This document shows positions 41,101-55,628 of a DNA stretch of 64,000 bases, one piece after another. Below the pieces are notes generated by a model. The model ran no database searches and was not told the DNA's origin. It saw nothing but the letters and a program-made list of their open reading frames with translations. Every line of letters begins with the position of its first letter. Within the stretch, counting starts at the first letter, position 1. Where the stretch lies: NCBI GenBank assembly GCA_051362555.1, contig CM120640.1, positions 62,288,788-62,352,787 on the forward strand, written 5' to 3'. Both the position numbers and the translations under genes were made by a program. The stretch comes from Lingula anatina (taxonomy: Eukaryota; Animalia; Brachiopoda).

Positions 41101-44100
41101 TTTGTTATTTCCTGCTTTTTGTCTGTACATTTGACAGCTTTGCTGCCTTGTTATAGTGTCCATCTTAAGGTGTGAAGTAAAAGGATGCTTTAGGCAATTT
41201 AAACATTTATCAGGACACAGTTGTGTTTTCAGCTAAAAGGAATTATAGGCGTAGAAATGTAAGCTTTTTTGATAGCTCAAAAGATGGTAAATAATCAGGG
41301 ACCCGTCTTCCACTTGATTAATCGCCCAACGACATAAAACATATCAAATGTTCCTTCTTACCATTTGACACATGCCCTCATCTGGCGAGTGAGTGTATTA
41401 TGAATGGCTGACTGACCCATGACAATAGCCTGGCATGTGGCTGAATGGTAAGAAGACTGGGGAGATTGACCTCAGAGAGGACCAGGCAGGGCAAATAAAC
41501 AAAAGTCAATACTTTAAGATGATTTTTTAAACTGACCCTGGGTGAATGCCTTGGAGAAGTGCTCATCTGGGGCCTGCTGCTAAACAAGGGGTCATTCAGT
41601 GTACTGACCTGAGATGATTTTTTTTTTTTTTGGGGGGGGGGGGGTGTCTTGCAAGCTTCTTATGGTGAAGGTAGACAGAAATGTTAAAACTAAGGCTGTC
41701 CAGGTATTCTAGGAAGCTCTTTCCCTTAAAAGTATCTTAAAAAGAGTGAAAATTACAATTTCTCAAAGAATTGATCATCTGATTGTGATGAATAGAGTTC
41801 TGTGTGTGTGTTTGAGGGGGAGAGGGGAGAATATATTGCCCCTCTTTCATAGGGAATTAGATCAGAACTTTTTAACTTAAATGTCCTATCAGTGCCTTTT
41901 TGACCTCCTTGAACAGTAAAACATTGTGTGATGAAATACCAAACGGATAAAGAAAGAGGAAGAAGCACCTGACGACATCTGTGTCTGTCTTTGGTATTGA
42001 CAGCTTAGGTTAAAGACTACCCCAAAGTTTTGTTTATTTCTGCATTTACCATCAAGGGTTGCCACTACCTTTTGCAAAACAGCTGCATACAAAATTGCAA
42101 TTGGAATCCTAGTTGAATCAATTAATGGTTTTGTAAGTGTCTTGTTTCAGAAAATATGTCAGCATTATAGTGCATTTTATTGTTAGACTTGCATTTGAGT
42201 TATGGATTCCATTAACTTAATGATGAAACCATGTCGGGATGTGACAGGATGTATTAGGGGAGAATTGCAGGTAATGACGAGGACTTTTTTCTTGCAAAAG
42301 AATCTTGTTCCTTGTTGACAGGGTGAATCTTACATAAGCATCTTAGATGTACCTTGCACATTGTGTGACTCAAAGCCCCCCCATTCCATAGTTAAAGTTT
42401 ATGCCCCTTGGCTTGTTTGCCTGTCAGCTAATAACATTTTACCTAGACCATTTATCCCTGGAAGACAGCTTCTCTGCTTTATAAGGAGTTGAAATTTGAC
42501 TGCTTATGAAATGTTTGCTTGTATTGAAAACTTCACCTGCTCTAGTTATCAATAATTATCAAGTGCTTGACAGCAAATAATGGAAGATGCTAGGTCCTTC
42601 TTTAAACCTACACAGATATCAAAGTTTTTGCTTTAATCTACCTAGGATTTATGAAATGTTGAATTTTTTTTTCATGAAATGTGTATGACAGTTCAAGAGA
42701 ATGATAAAACACTTTGCTCCTTGTCTTTGTCTCAAGTCAACATTTTACTGTGACATAGATAGATTACATTTAAGTGTGTAAATAATTTTGTCCCAAATAT
42801 CAGGTAAATCTCTTTGATTTCTGTCTACTGCACAATCTCCTGATATTTACTTAGGAATGAAGGAGGCAATTTTTCAATATACATTTATTATCTGTGACAT
42901 AATGCAGTGAATGACTAAGACCAATAAAATATATTGCTTCAAAAGAATAGAGACTATTTAAGATGATTTTTTAAAAACTGCGGATAATAAATATGCCATC
43001 CTCTTTTTTGTCAAGAAAACTTGTAAGTATCGTGATGCAAATGAAAAAAATCTTGATTGATTATCAACACCTGTTTTGCTTGAAAACGAGAACATTTTAG
43101 CCAAGACGGAACTCGGAACTCGGTACATTTTGTCTCTTAGATGAAAAATTGATGTACGAGATGCCAAAATGTGTTGTAAAAAGGCCAATAAAGTTAATAC
43201 CAGGAAAGTCACGTTAGGGTGAAAAAACCTTCATTGGTAAACAAAATGTTCAGCTAATGTTGTTCCTCCCTGCATTCCTTCATGTGCTCCTGCTGAATGT
43301 TATCTGTGCTGCTGGAGCAATAAATGCTAATACAGCACACTTGACATGTTCAAAGGCTCCATGTAGATGTGCCTGTGTAACTGAGCCAGGCGCTACGATA
43401 GGGGACAGATTTTCTGGGTGGCAGCATGGAAATGGACGAGGGGATATGGATCACATGTACAAGTGTAGGAAATTACTTAGCCTGTAAAGAATGAGTGATA
43501 GAATTACAAATTAGGAGGTTTCAATGTGGAGAAGAGGTTGAAAAAGGGAGGGAAGGGGGTGTAATCGTACTTGGGATTTGTGAAGGAAGCTTGGTTAATG
43601 AATGGCACAGGAATCAAGGAAAAGAAAGGGAGAAAATGTGGTCTAAGGGGTGTAAGTGGCATGGAGTGGAAGCTTGTGTTAGACAGACAATAAAATTGGC
43701 ATAGATTTTAAAGCATTTTTTTCTTTTTCAGGAGGAACGACGTGACAGCTTGAACCGGTTCAGCACATCCTGCCCTTCCCTGGCTGATCCTGAAGTCCCA
43801 TACAAGTACAATGGTAAGTGGTGGTTTATCCCTTTGAGTTTTTTTTTTTTTTTGGTTGAAAATCAAAGTCAAATTAGGCTTGTCTTAAATCTTGTTCCTG
43901 GAAGTACTATACTAAGTTATAAAGTAGATGCAATTTAGATAAAGCATGATGAAAGACGGATTTCCACACGGATCTGTTCACTGTGCTTTATCAACACTAG
44001 GTGAAGCTGTATGGACATTAATGCTACATTTTGTGATTGATGTGTTAGTTGAGACTGTTTGATCACAATCACATTTGATAGTGAGGTGCATCTGGAACAA

Positions 44101-47100
44101 TTGCTTCCCTCCTTGTGATGAAATTCTAGTTCTTCCATTATTTATGTGTGTGGATAAATGCAAGAGCAAATTAAGTTAGCTTCCTGGGTTTTCCTGGAAA
44201 TGTTCAGTACACAGAATAGATAAAATTTTACATTTTGATTTCTGGTTTAAATTAGGAAAACATTTAACCTGAAGAGGAGACTGCCAGCCTGGATGGCAGA
44301 ATCTATCCCTATGTCCTCCTATTAGTCTTAATCTCAGAGGATAAAGATATTTTTAACCTTGCAAGGGCTTAAAAATATGGATGTTCCATCTGATTTGATT
44401 TAATTAAGGGCTATGCCAGGTTGGTCTGGCCTGTGGTTCTGTGAGAAAGCTAGTCTTGGTTTGCTGGATAATTTCAGATCTGCAATCAGAGTATCATCTC
44501 CCAAGGACATGTCACTAGACAAGTTGAAAATGATCTATTTCTAAAAAAACTTTGCTGTGAGCTAGTGTCTGGGTTTATGAAACAGAAATGACCCATAAAG
44601 AGTACAGCAATCCATCAGTTTGTATGGCTTCTAGTGTTCTTATAGCAAAAATCTTTCCCAGTTTTTTTAGTGTCTGGAAATGAAGAACAGGTTAGAATAA
44701 GTCTTTTTAGAGAAAATGTAATTTTAAGTGAAAAAAGTTGTTAGCTACAGATTTATATGAATAAAAAAGAGAAATAAAAGAAAATAGAGGGATTATGAAA
44801 AGTAAAAACAAGAGCAGCACATAAATAAGAGATAATAAATTTTATTTATATTTTTCTCATGAAAAACATCCCCATAAAAAAGACCATTTGCCTGCACACC
44901 AAAGTAAACAAGTCAATATATTCAGGTCAGCCACAGCTATTTCACTTACCGCACACCTAATAGTTTTTATGAACCTTCATATTAAATGGCTATTGAGAAT
45001 ATATACATATAATAAAAAAAGGACAGGCAGTGTCTAATTGACATTCACCGCACTTGCCTGGATAGAATAGGTAAACCAAGTCAATAAAGTCAATCTCCAG
45101 GGACTTTCAAGCTCTCAAGGTTATTAAGCTGCACTGGTGTTCCCTGTGGAAATGAGCTGTTGTAGTAGTGGAAGAGTGGCTTCATTGTCCCTGATGTGAT
45201 GAGGACAATTTGTCTAGAGTGTATGAGGTGATATGAGGTACAGTGAGAAGAATTTCCGTTGTTGCATTATAGTGCAGAATCACTGTTTGAGCATGTTTGC
45301 AAGGTAAGCATCATAATTTAATTTACATTTCATTCTTTTAGCCTGTCACTTGTAACCAGGGCTTCATGCTTCTCTCTTGTTGAGGTCATATTGCACCAGT
45401 TGAGTGGAGTGCATTTCTCTAAGCTACTGGTGTATAGTGTATTGCATTCAGATCTCAGAGTTTGAATTATTCAGGAATTGTAAGGCATCAGATCTGGGGT
45501 TTCCAGCTGTGGGCTGAATTACTTTTCACTTTATTCCATGCTGTTTCAAAAACAGCTCAAATTGTTTTTTGGGAACATGGCCACACCTAGACGTCACACT
45601 TAAAACCTTGACACAGTTTTGCATAGAAGTGAATAGGGAAGCCATTAACTGTGTCGAAATTGTTGACTAAGTCTTCAGTTGTGGTAAACCCTTTCATGGT
45701 CTTCCCCTTACTTGGTGTCAGCTGCATATCAATGCCATCCAGCCTTCCTGGAACCAGATCTATGTGTTTCTATTTGGGAACACTGTCTGCAGCTCTGTCC
45801 CTGGTTGTCACTTCTTGGTGGTTGATAACTAATTGGATGACTCATTCTCAAGGTGGGTCGAACTGTCATTGTGGACAGTTTGTGTATTGCCTGTTATTTA
45901 CGTGTTGAATTGTATAAATGTAGTTAGATGGCATTATACAAAGATAAGTTTAAAGAAGATAATTAGATCAAACTAGGAGATCAGGAGGTATTTTAGTGAA
46001 AAGAATTTGAAGGTAGGTTCAGAAGTACACCATTTTCTAAGGCATGCATGTGTGCGTGTACACGCGCATGTATATGTGTGTGATGACATTTTGTGCGTTT
46101 AATAGACTGAAAAATTTTTGATTTTATGACAGGGCAGTTCATATTAAAAATGGCAGATGGGTATTCCTACATCTGTGTCATATATTGTATATAGCATGTA
46201 GGAAAGCCATTAAAAGAAATGTGGTAAAACCACCTCCCAGGCTATATGGACACAGCAAGATGGAGAGAATATGAAGGTAACAGTAAGATAGACTGATGTC
46301 ACTGCTAGGTGCTATCTCCTGGTCTCAGCGGGAATTGGTTGTCATAATATGTCACTGTAAATTGGAAACTGATGTGTTACTTGTTTTAAGCAGAATCAAT
46401 AGCTGAGTATGTGACTTATGGAAACAGTCCATAGGCATCACTTTATCATCACTCTGTGATCTAAATGGGAATCATCGGCCAGTAAGGTGGTGATAAAACC
46501 CCAGACACAGCTGGAAATGATCCACTGTTCTCAAGGCTGTTTTCTTCATTGCAGTATTGACTATGTGTAAGTACATGTATACATTAGAAATCCTGTTGTA
46601 AAATCTAGGGTAATATCCACCCTCTACAATTAAAAATCGTATAGGAAAATTTTGATATTTTGTTTCAAAAATTATTCGCTTGTTTTCAAAAATTTTTGTA
46701 TTTTTGAGATGTGTATACTTTTGATTTGATATTTTTAAATTAAAGACTTGGCAAGTCTTTTGGGATGATTTTATAGGTATGCAGTCTTTTTACGAATAAC
46801 CTGAGACAAGATCTTGTCTGTTAACCAGGAGAATGCTTTCAATTGTGAATGACTCTCTCTTTGTATTTTCTGCCTAATACACAGCACACTTAATATTGTT
46901 GTGGTAACTGCCATGATTAATAGAGCAGAGGAGATCTGTTTTAATTATGTAAATTGGTTAGTGGGGGCTTAATTACTTTGCAGTGCAGTACTTACCTGTG
47001 CATATTAGCTGTACTGTCAGGAAAGGTAGTTTATTGGATAGATGTAGGGCAAGGAATAACACTGAATATTTTAAAAAGGAGGTCTGGTTTGTGAGCTGTT

Positions 47101-50100
47101 ATGAGTCCTGGTTAAAAGGTATGTGAATGTTTTTCAGGATAACTTAAATTAGGTTATCATTTTTATTTTGTCTGGTGTCACATTCTAAAGTGTTATCAAA
47201 GAAAGCATCTAGTGCTTCGTTCTCATCATTTTCTGAGTTCAAACAACCAATTAGATGGATTTTGTACAAGTAGAAGTTGAATCTTGATTCTGTTTTAAGT
47301 CAGTTCTTTATAAGAAAAGCACACGGCGATATCTTGGGATCCGGGGTCAAAGCATAACACCATTGTCAAGCTGGCTGCAGAAACAGTACCGCACAGGTTG
47401 TTCAATGGCTGCCACCATATTGGCACACTAAAGCTCCTGGGGTGGGAGATGGACTCACTGATAACTCCTCTTTTCACATACATGGCAGTGCTGAGAACAA
47501 TAGGCCCTTCTGCTGAAGTCAAACAACCTAAACTCAACATGACTTCTGATTTTTATCATAGTTTCCCCTAGGCAGGCAGTTTGTCAAACTTAACAGGGGT
47601 GACACTGGTTTGTTTCTGACTTTGAAGACCTGAGAGAGAGAGAAAAAAAGGTGTTAGTAAGTAAAGTAAGAGGCAAGCATTTGTCCTTTTTGCTCAAAGA
47701 AAAGACTGAGGGTCATAGGATTTGATGGAAGTTTAAGTGGCAGTGGTGTTGTTTTGCATTCACAGTGATGGTTAATATACACAGTAAGTGTATTATAATG
47801 TTTTTCTCTTGACCTGACTACATTTTTGGTAATATAAATCTGCTGGTTTTTACCTAAGTAAGAAATGAAGACCTGACCAAATAATTGAAAAGTGAAATGA
47901 ATTGAAAGAATCATGATATTTTTGGATGAGAAGGAAATGGAAGGATAAGGTTAATACCAATATGGCAAGTTATTTTATGTAACAAGCTAAATATTAACTG
48001 CCAATCTGGTATCAATATGATTATCTTCCATTTAAAACTAGACAATGTTCTTTCATTGAAATGAATTAAGCAGGGGTAGGGGGAATCAAAAAGATAGTGT
48101 ACATTTATGCAGGGACAAAACAGCTTTGCCCGAAAACAAATGTGCTTCATTTACCTCTAGGCATACATTATAAACAACCTGTGAAGCTAATGAAGTAACT
48201 GCTATCATTATTTGAACACACTCCCACTCCCTAGTTGTGAATAATGGATGTCTTCAGAGGTCAGAGCACTCTTTTTAGTGCTTTACATGTTTTGCTTTAT
48301 GACCTGGTTTTGTACTTTTTTGACAGCAGACACTTCAAATTCACTTTGTAACAATAATTTATTTCGAAGCTGTATTTCGTCAACTAGTAGATGTCTTCTT
48401 ATAACTTAAAAAATTATAGCAAGGTAGAATGGGGAATGGTAGGTATTAAACCTATGCCAAATTAATTCTCAAGAACTTTAAGAAAAATTGACAAGTATCA
48501 TCAAAATCATGAAAATTGGTACAAGGTTATTGTAGAAAAAATGTTAAATTAACAACAGTTTTTTTAAATAAAAAAATTGAAGTAGTTAAAATTTCTCAGA
48601 AATGGTTATTTGACACAATGTTGGCCATTCCAAGTCACCTGCTGGAAGATTGAGCATTTACAAGATGGGTAAGGCATAATCACTGACAAATGAGTCTGGA
48701 ATTGTGAACTAAATGATGGATTGAGAAGTTAATAACAGGATTTAGGAAATTAAATCCCTGAAAGAAACTATTAAAATCCCCCTTCTTTGCTTAAGTTAGA
48801 TTTGTGTTGACAAGCACAGTGCTTAAAAGCTTTCAGTGATGCCACATCAAATTGATATGGAAATATTTCCATTGTCTACTGTCATGGATCGTAAAAAGGA
48901 TATATATGAACTAAACCATTTTTTGAAAACTTCAAAGGTGGGGGTCGATGTATGCATTACAATATTTACCCCCTTTCGCAATGATACATTACAGATTATC
49001 ATGACTCTTGATGGCAGGTGGTCTAAAATAGCTTTGCCAAAATGGGTAAGTTGTGGTTAGTTCTTCTAGTTCCGAATTTTTGACTTCTGAAAGATGAGTT
49101 TATGAAAAATTATGACCAGTGAACTGCGGTCTGTGGGTGACTTTGGTTTAAAGTGACCTTATTCACATTATAGACAACAGGGTGATTGCAGGATAACTGG
49201 TTGCCATGGTGAATTGTAGCAGTGACTGTGGCACAAATGTATTCGAATGCTTTGGTTGAATATTTAGAAAATCAATCAGTTTGAATAGCAATCATTTACA
49301 GAGAGAATTCCTGGATCTCTCAGTGATTTAGAGAAAAAGGACATTTTCTGATACTTCATGTGTAAGGTTTTTTTTTTAAATTTCTCTTTGTATTATTCAT
49401 GTTTTATCATCATTATCATTATAAGTTTGCAGTAGAGTCAGGCTGAGTAGGGCAGGGATTGGAGTTTTCCTTCTTTTAGAGGATTCTGGTTTTTCGTGTG
49501 TACAGGAGATTTAAAACATTTTCTGAATTTTGTATGGATGTAAAAAACATGAAATTCAGTGAAAGGAAAGTCCCTTCCCATTTTTTTAGCACTCAAAAAA
49601 ATTGTGATAATATTCATCTTGAGACACAATAACCAGGTGTTGGCAACCTGACAGAAATCAGCTTGGAATGTGCTTTTCCATAGAGACAGACACAACAATT
49701 CAAGCTTTTGAAGTCACATTGTTTTAGCAGCCTATCTTCATTTTCGGGACTGTTGCATTATTTGCATTAAAATGAAAATAGTGATGCACTTGGATGTGCT
49801 AGAAAAAAGGAACACTTTACAGTAAAACAGTTTCAGACTACTGGAGCAATATCATTACAATATATAGCATCCTTTAAAGGCACAGCTTGCTTGAAAGCCA
49901 TTCTGTTAGTAAGCTGAACAAAACCCTTTATTTTGTCAAGACAGAAAAGAGTACAGCTGCCTGCTCTACAGTTCACAGTGTTCATGGTGTTCTCAAGTAG
50001 GGGAGTAGTTTATTTAGCTGGATGAAGATGAAACACTTGGGAAGGTGACTCAGAAATTAGCAATACTATAATGACAGTCATTTGTGGTGTAGGTTGTGTG

Positions 50101-53100
50101 TTATTGTGGTGTGGGTTGTGTATTATTTTATAGAATAAACAACCATGTATATGGAGTCTGTGTGTGGTTTTGTAGGAGGTATTAATCCACAGTTCTTTTT
50201 TTAGACTTTACGGAAATTAATTCTGTTGATGACACAAGAAATGACAAAGACACATATTTTTAGAAGTTGTTGGTATTAGTTTCTTCAAAAATTGACATCT
50301 AGTTTGATTTTACCTGTACAACTTGGTAAGTGACATAATTAATGAGCCAAGGTTGTAAATATTTACTGTCATTAATCTGGAAAGTTTTATGAGTGTTTTT
50401 TTTAAATCTTCTTGAGATATCTCTATAACACAGGTATTCTAAGGTTCAAGACCTTTGGAGAATTAAGGTGTGTGTGGCCTTTAAGATGATTCTGATCTCA
50501 AATATATCTATAAAGTTTTCACCAAAGGTCTAGTGTACTTTAAGTATGCTGTAAATCTTTATTAATGCTGTGTTTTGGCAAGTATTTTCACGTTAATTTA
50601 GTCATAAGTGAAACTGAAAATCTAACAAGGTGGAAACCAGGAAGTAGGAAAGTATTTGTTGCTGATGATTAAGAAAAGTTGCTATAACAATGGCATTGAT
50701 GAGATTGATCTTTTTTATGTCTATTTAACATTTTTATCGAGGGAAAAGATGAGATAGCATCCAGATACCTGATAATGTCAAACTTTCCATTTCTAAGTGA
50801 ACAATTTTTTTTGACTACATTGACATTTATCTCTTTTCCATGCGGGGTGGTAAATCCCCATTAGTGCCACAGGTATATTTCAAAAGTTGTTTTCTGGTGT
50901 ATATTTTCATAGTTAAACACCAATGAACTGTGTACTGAAAGATCAGAAAACTGAACAAGGACTATTTAGAGAAAAAACAGGTACAAGCCACCTTTGTCAA
51001 AATTCCAGAGCTTTAACCGACAAGGCACATACCTCCTCTTAGTAACTGCTAAGACTTGTTCACAATGGGACTAACTTGGTTACCTGGTCCTCTGCTCATA
51101 TCAGTTGGACCATATCCAGTCTAAGGGTGGCAGGATGTGAACATAGCCTATCACCTCCATGCATAATTCAAAATATCCTAGTACAAGTTACGTGCATATA
51201 TTCAAATTTGGGAGGATTAACTGTAGTTTATTGAGAAGTCAACTTGATTTGTAGCAGGCACTTGTAATGATCTTTGAAATATTTGTTATATTCCATGAGA
51301 AAACATACATGATATACATATGGTAAAAATGCTGTTTTATTATATTACAAAGAACTTTATAATAATGTAATAATGTTTAAATCACATATTTTAAAGTTAC
51401 CTCATTTAATGTAAGGGACTCTTTCAGACATTTGATGTACAATAAGCTAATTATCCATGCATGCAGCATAGGCACACGCACACACACCAACAGGTGAAGG
51501 GAGAGAGAGAGAGACAGCTAAGAAGTCTCATTATGTGAGACCTTTATTGAAGATGTTGTTATAGTTGCATCATTATTGTTTTTTTTTTCTTCTTTCTAGA
51601 CCACCACCAGTCCATGCTGAATATAGGTGAGGAGCGTGATGATCAGGTTGAAGAGGAGGAGGAGGAAGACGACGACGAAGACGAAGTGGATTATCCCGCA
51701 AATGACTCTGAAGAGCTTAGTCAATACCCCTCTGTAAGAAACAGTGCTCAGAATCACAGTACAAACACAGCATCAGATATGAGAAACATTGACGAGGGAG
51801 TGAAAATTAGAATTAACGATGTAACAGTGGATAGCTCAGAGGATAATTATGATGTGCTGGACCCAGTGATGCATAGTAAGGATTTGTACCAAGAAACCTC
51901 TCCGTCTGCTGGGACCACTGGTACTTTAGAGGAAAATACACCTCACAAGAATGTTAAACCAAAACAACGTCGCTGGTCGCATCACGTGATGGGCATGTCT
52001 GTGGAGAAGCAGCAGTTTAGGAATAAATTACTGGCTGTCAGTGGGAAAAGGTGGGTACTTTTTGAGAAATGATCAGTAAAAATTTGTGCTGTGGTAGGTG
52101 TTTGAATATCTTAATTTTTGATGAATTATTATGTAAAGCAATTAATATAATTAATTTAATCTCATTTTTTGTGCAAATCACATTCTGAAATTGAAGTTGT
52201 AAAAATAGAGGAAAGGAGAAAAAAGGTTCTCTGTCATCTAAAATTTAAAATTGAAATGCAGAATTGTTGCAGAAGTTTTGTATTACAAACTTTGAATGCA
52301 GAATAATATAAGTCAACCCACATGAAAACAAAGAGCCAGTGCACCTGATTTGTTGAACAAGCTGAGTGTAGAACACTTCAGCTGAGGACATGGCCCCTGT
52401 TGGGGACACTCAGACACCAGATGGTTCTGGTTTGCTGTCTGGACTCGGGCTTTTTTTCCTTAATAAGCTTCACACTGAAGTATAAGTGATTTATGCGGAA
52501 AGAAAATTGGTTGAGTAGACTGACCTATTTCGATAGCTAGAGATATACATGTAGCATTGTGTGGACTAAAACACACTTTTATTTTAAAATATTGCCCCTC
52601 TTATACTTTTCAGCTGAAAAAGGCATATTGAGTTATTTTCATAACAGTTTTTCTTTAAGGTCTTGACTCACATTTGTACTTGACATATTAATGCTACACA
52701 CACACTTTCTTACTTTCCAAGATAATGTTTTGTTCATAATTCTTAATACTTTGTTTGGAAAAATTCTTAATAGTGTAGTGGGAACAGAATAGATAGTTGT
52801 AAGTGAGAAACCATAGTTTGAATTTTGAATTTTTAAAGGTGATATTTGGAGTGTGACATAATACTATCTTCTAATTCTGTCCACAAGTTGACTCACCTGT
52901 TCAAACTCATGTTTGGTCTGTATGGGCAATAAATATGGGGGAGGACAAAGGCCATTTATTTGATTTGATGAAATCTAATGGTCTGTGCTGCCAAAGTTAT
53001 ATACAAAATGCTACAGTTGTGACATCCGGTTTGCTTGCTATCTGTCTGTAATGTTATCAGGTAGGGCAATAGAGATAGCATTTTAAATAGATACAGGGTT

Positions 53101-55575
53101 AATAACGGGGATAAAATCAAGACATATCTATAGGTACATGCTTCATGGCTAATTTGGACACAAAATATGACAACAATAAATGGTTCAAAGATTTAAGGTT
53201 GGAAGTTAACAAGTTGATGGCCTTGTATAGGTGTTGGTCACTAGAATTGTTAACCATTATCGGATCACCATTTTCATTTTGTGGTAAACTATTCAACTTG
53301 ATGATCAGTGGTAATACAATTTGATACAACTTTCTTAGCTCCAAGTATGGATAAGCCTATGACAATCTTGAGCTGAATAATACACAATTACCTGTTTTGG
53401 ATGAAAAAAGGGACCCAACTTATGTTATCAAGCAATAATGCTCTATATGCAGTCTGGTCATCTGATGACCCAAGTTGGACCTGTTTCAAGGATCAGATTC
53501 CCTGTCTGAACACACCAATATAAATATAGATATATATTGACCACGGTACATATATCTAAATATGTCCACTTTATCTTGCCCTTGTTTTTCAGCATGAGTC
53601 TGAGCAGTCTAGACAGTGCAGCGGAGGAGTCAGAAGAGGAAGAGGGTTACATCCACAAACAATTGGGCAACCATAAGACGTCGGCCTCCCTGTCCCCTGG
53701 TAGTAGCAGCAGTCTCAGTGCGGGCACTGATCTCACTGGCATGAACCCCAGGCATAGCTGGGCTGGCAGTTACACTACTGACATTATTGGGAGTCCTGAA
53801 GGTAGGTTTTCCCAGAAACAATGACTTAAAGCTTTGGGGATGAAAGTCTAACAAATCTGTTTGGAAATCTGGATGTATAAATGTTGTGTTTAAGGCCCTC
53901 TAATCTTCTATATGAAACTGTGGGCCTTTGGAGTTTGCATTTGAAGGATGTTTTAAAAAGGTCCACTTGCATCTTTCAGCTTTTTATATAGGCATTGTGC
54001 TGCCATCTATTAACCAGTTGTGTAATCATGTGACCAGCATATGTGCTACATAAATTTCCTTCTAGCCAACTGTACTACAGTTGTATTATTATACTACCAT
54101 GAGTTTTCAAAAGTCAGTGACTTGAAAGATTACAATATGCCTCTTTATAACATCTGGCTATAATTCAGAGAAGGTATTACCTTTCATGTTAAAAAAAATT
54201 TCAGCATCTTTTATGCATTTAAAATAAAAATTTTTAGAATGTTTTGTACTGCATATAAAATATTTTAGTTGATGTTATGAGTTGGGTTAATTTTTTTATT
54301 TTTGAAGTATTACACATTCTAGTCCATTAAAGTAATGGATTGTTAAAGTTTCGGACAGTGACTGATAGGGGGACTTGATATACAGGTGTCACATTGCAAT
54401 TAACCTTGCATCCTATGGCATGTGGGTTATGTTTAGATTTATCTCTCATTTATTATCAGTTATTATTATTACATAAAGAACTTGTTTTCATGGTCAGTGA
54501 TTGATGTCAGGTCTGATCTGTCTATTAAACCTGTATAAACTATAATCTACAGACTTTTTCACATCAAGTGGTATACTTAATCAATACAGCTGTAATGGTA
54601 CACTTTAAGGACTGACAACTTAGGAGCATGCCTATTAAGTTAGAAAGTCTCCTAAATAGGAAACTGTACCACTTTATGTGAGAAAAGAACTAAGATATTT
54701 ATGCTAGATTTGAAAAGGTCTTTAAACTCGCTCAAGCTTTGTTGCATTGATAAAACTTATTCCTTGGGCTCATGCAAACCTGAAAGCTTCTCATTTTAAT
54801 CAAAGAATTAAAAAGGGGTTTTTTTTTTTTTTCATCTCTCAGTAAAGAGATGTTGACAAGTTGTGTAAAGGCATCAAATGTTCTGCTCTCCTGCACTCAG
54901 AAAATGGCACGGAAAAGTTAGGAATTTGTATTGAGATGTTTTCAAAATCAAAAAGCAAAAAGGAAACAAATTTGATGGAATCATAACATGTCAATGACTG
55001 ATAATAAGCAGAAAAGTACAAAGGCAGATTGTATTACCTACATTTATTTTACTAACACGAGATTTAAAACTTTATTGTTAATAACCTGTAAGAGGATATA
55101 TGCATTTCCAAAATTACACAAGAAAATAATGCAAAGCTAAATTATTTTAAAGAACCCCTGTATGGAGTGGAAAGTGCCAGGATGACTTGCCTGGATATTC
55201 TGGGAAATGGAGGGTTATGAAATGGAAAACAAGACAAGGGCACCTCGTTATTTATCAGATATACTGCGTAGAAATTAAGGTGAAATCTGTGATATTTTTA
55301 ATTTTTTAATGTGTTTTAATCTTCAAAACAGCGAGTGGTGCCAGAAATGGGATGTCTCCGCCAGACCGACCACTCAGCCAAGGAAACAGCTCCATTCGCT
55401 CGCTGACAGACATTGGCCTGGATTTAAACAGCTCCAATGAGTCTCAGGTTAGTAGAAATTTTGAGGAATATGGTTTGTAAGTCAAATCTTTGGTCTATCT
55501 TAGTGCTTTTTTGTTGTCCTGCATTGTTAATTAATATAACACACATAGTCACACATGCGCGTACATGCATGCAAG

Positions 55576-55628
<53 letters not shown>

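Noticed and set aside
43495-43704. Purine-rich ORF just upstream of exon 9
   Set aside because: No splice support; the opposite strand weakly resembles a CR1/L2 3' end (KLPSQI), too weak to call.
45273-45309. Strong donor AAG|gtaagc
   Set aside because: No nearby acceptor gives a phase 1 to 1 exon; it could only be an unsupported UTR exon.
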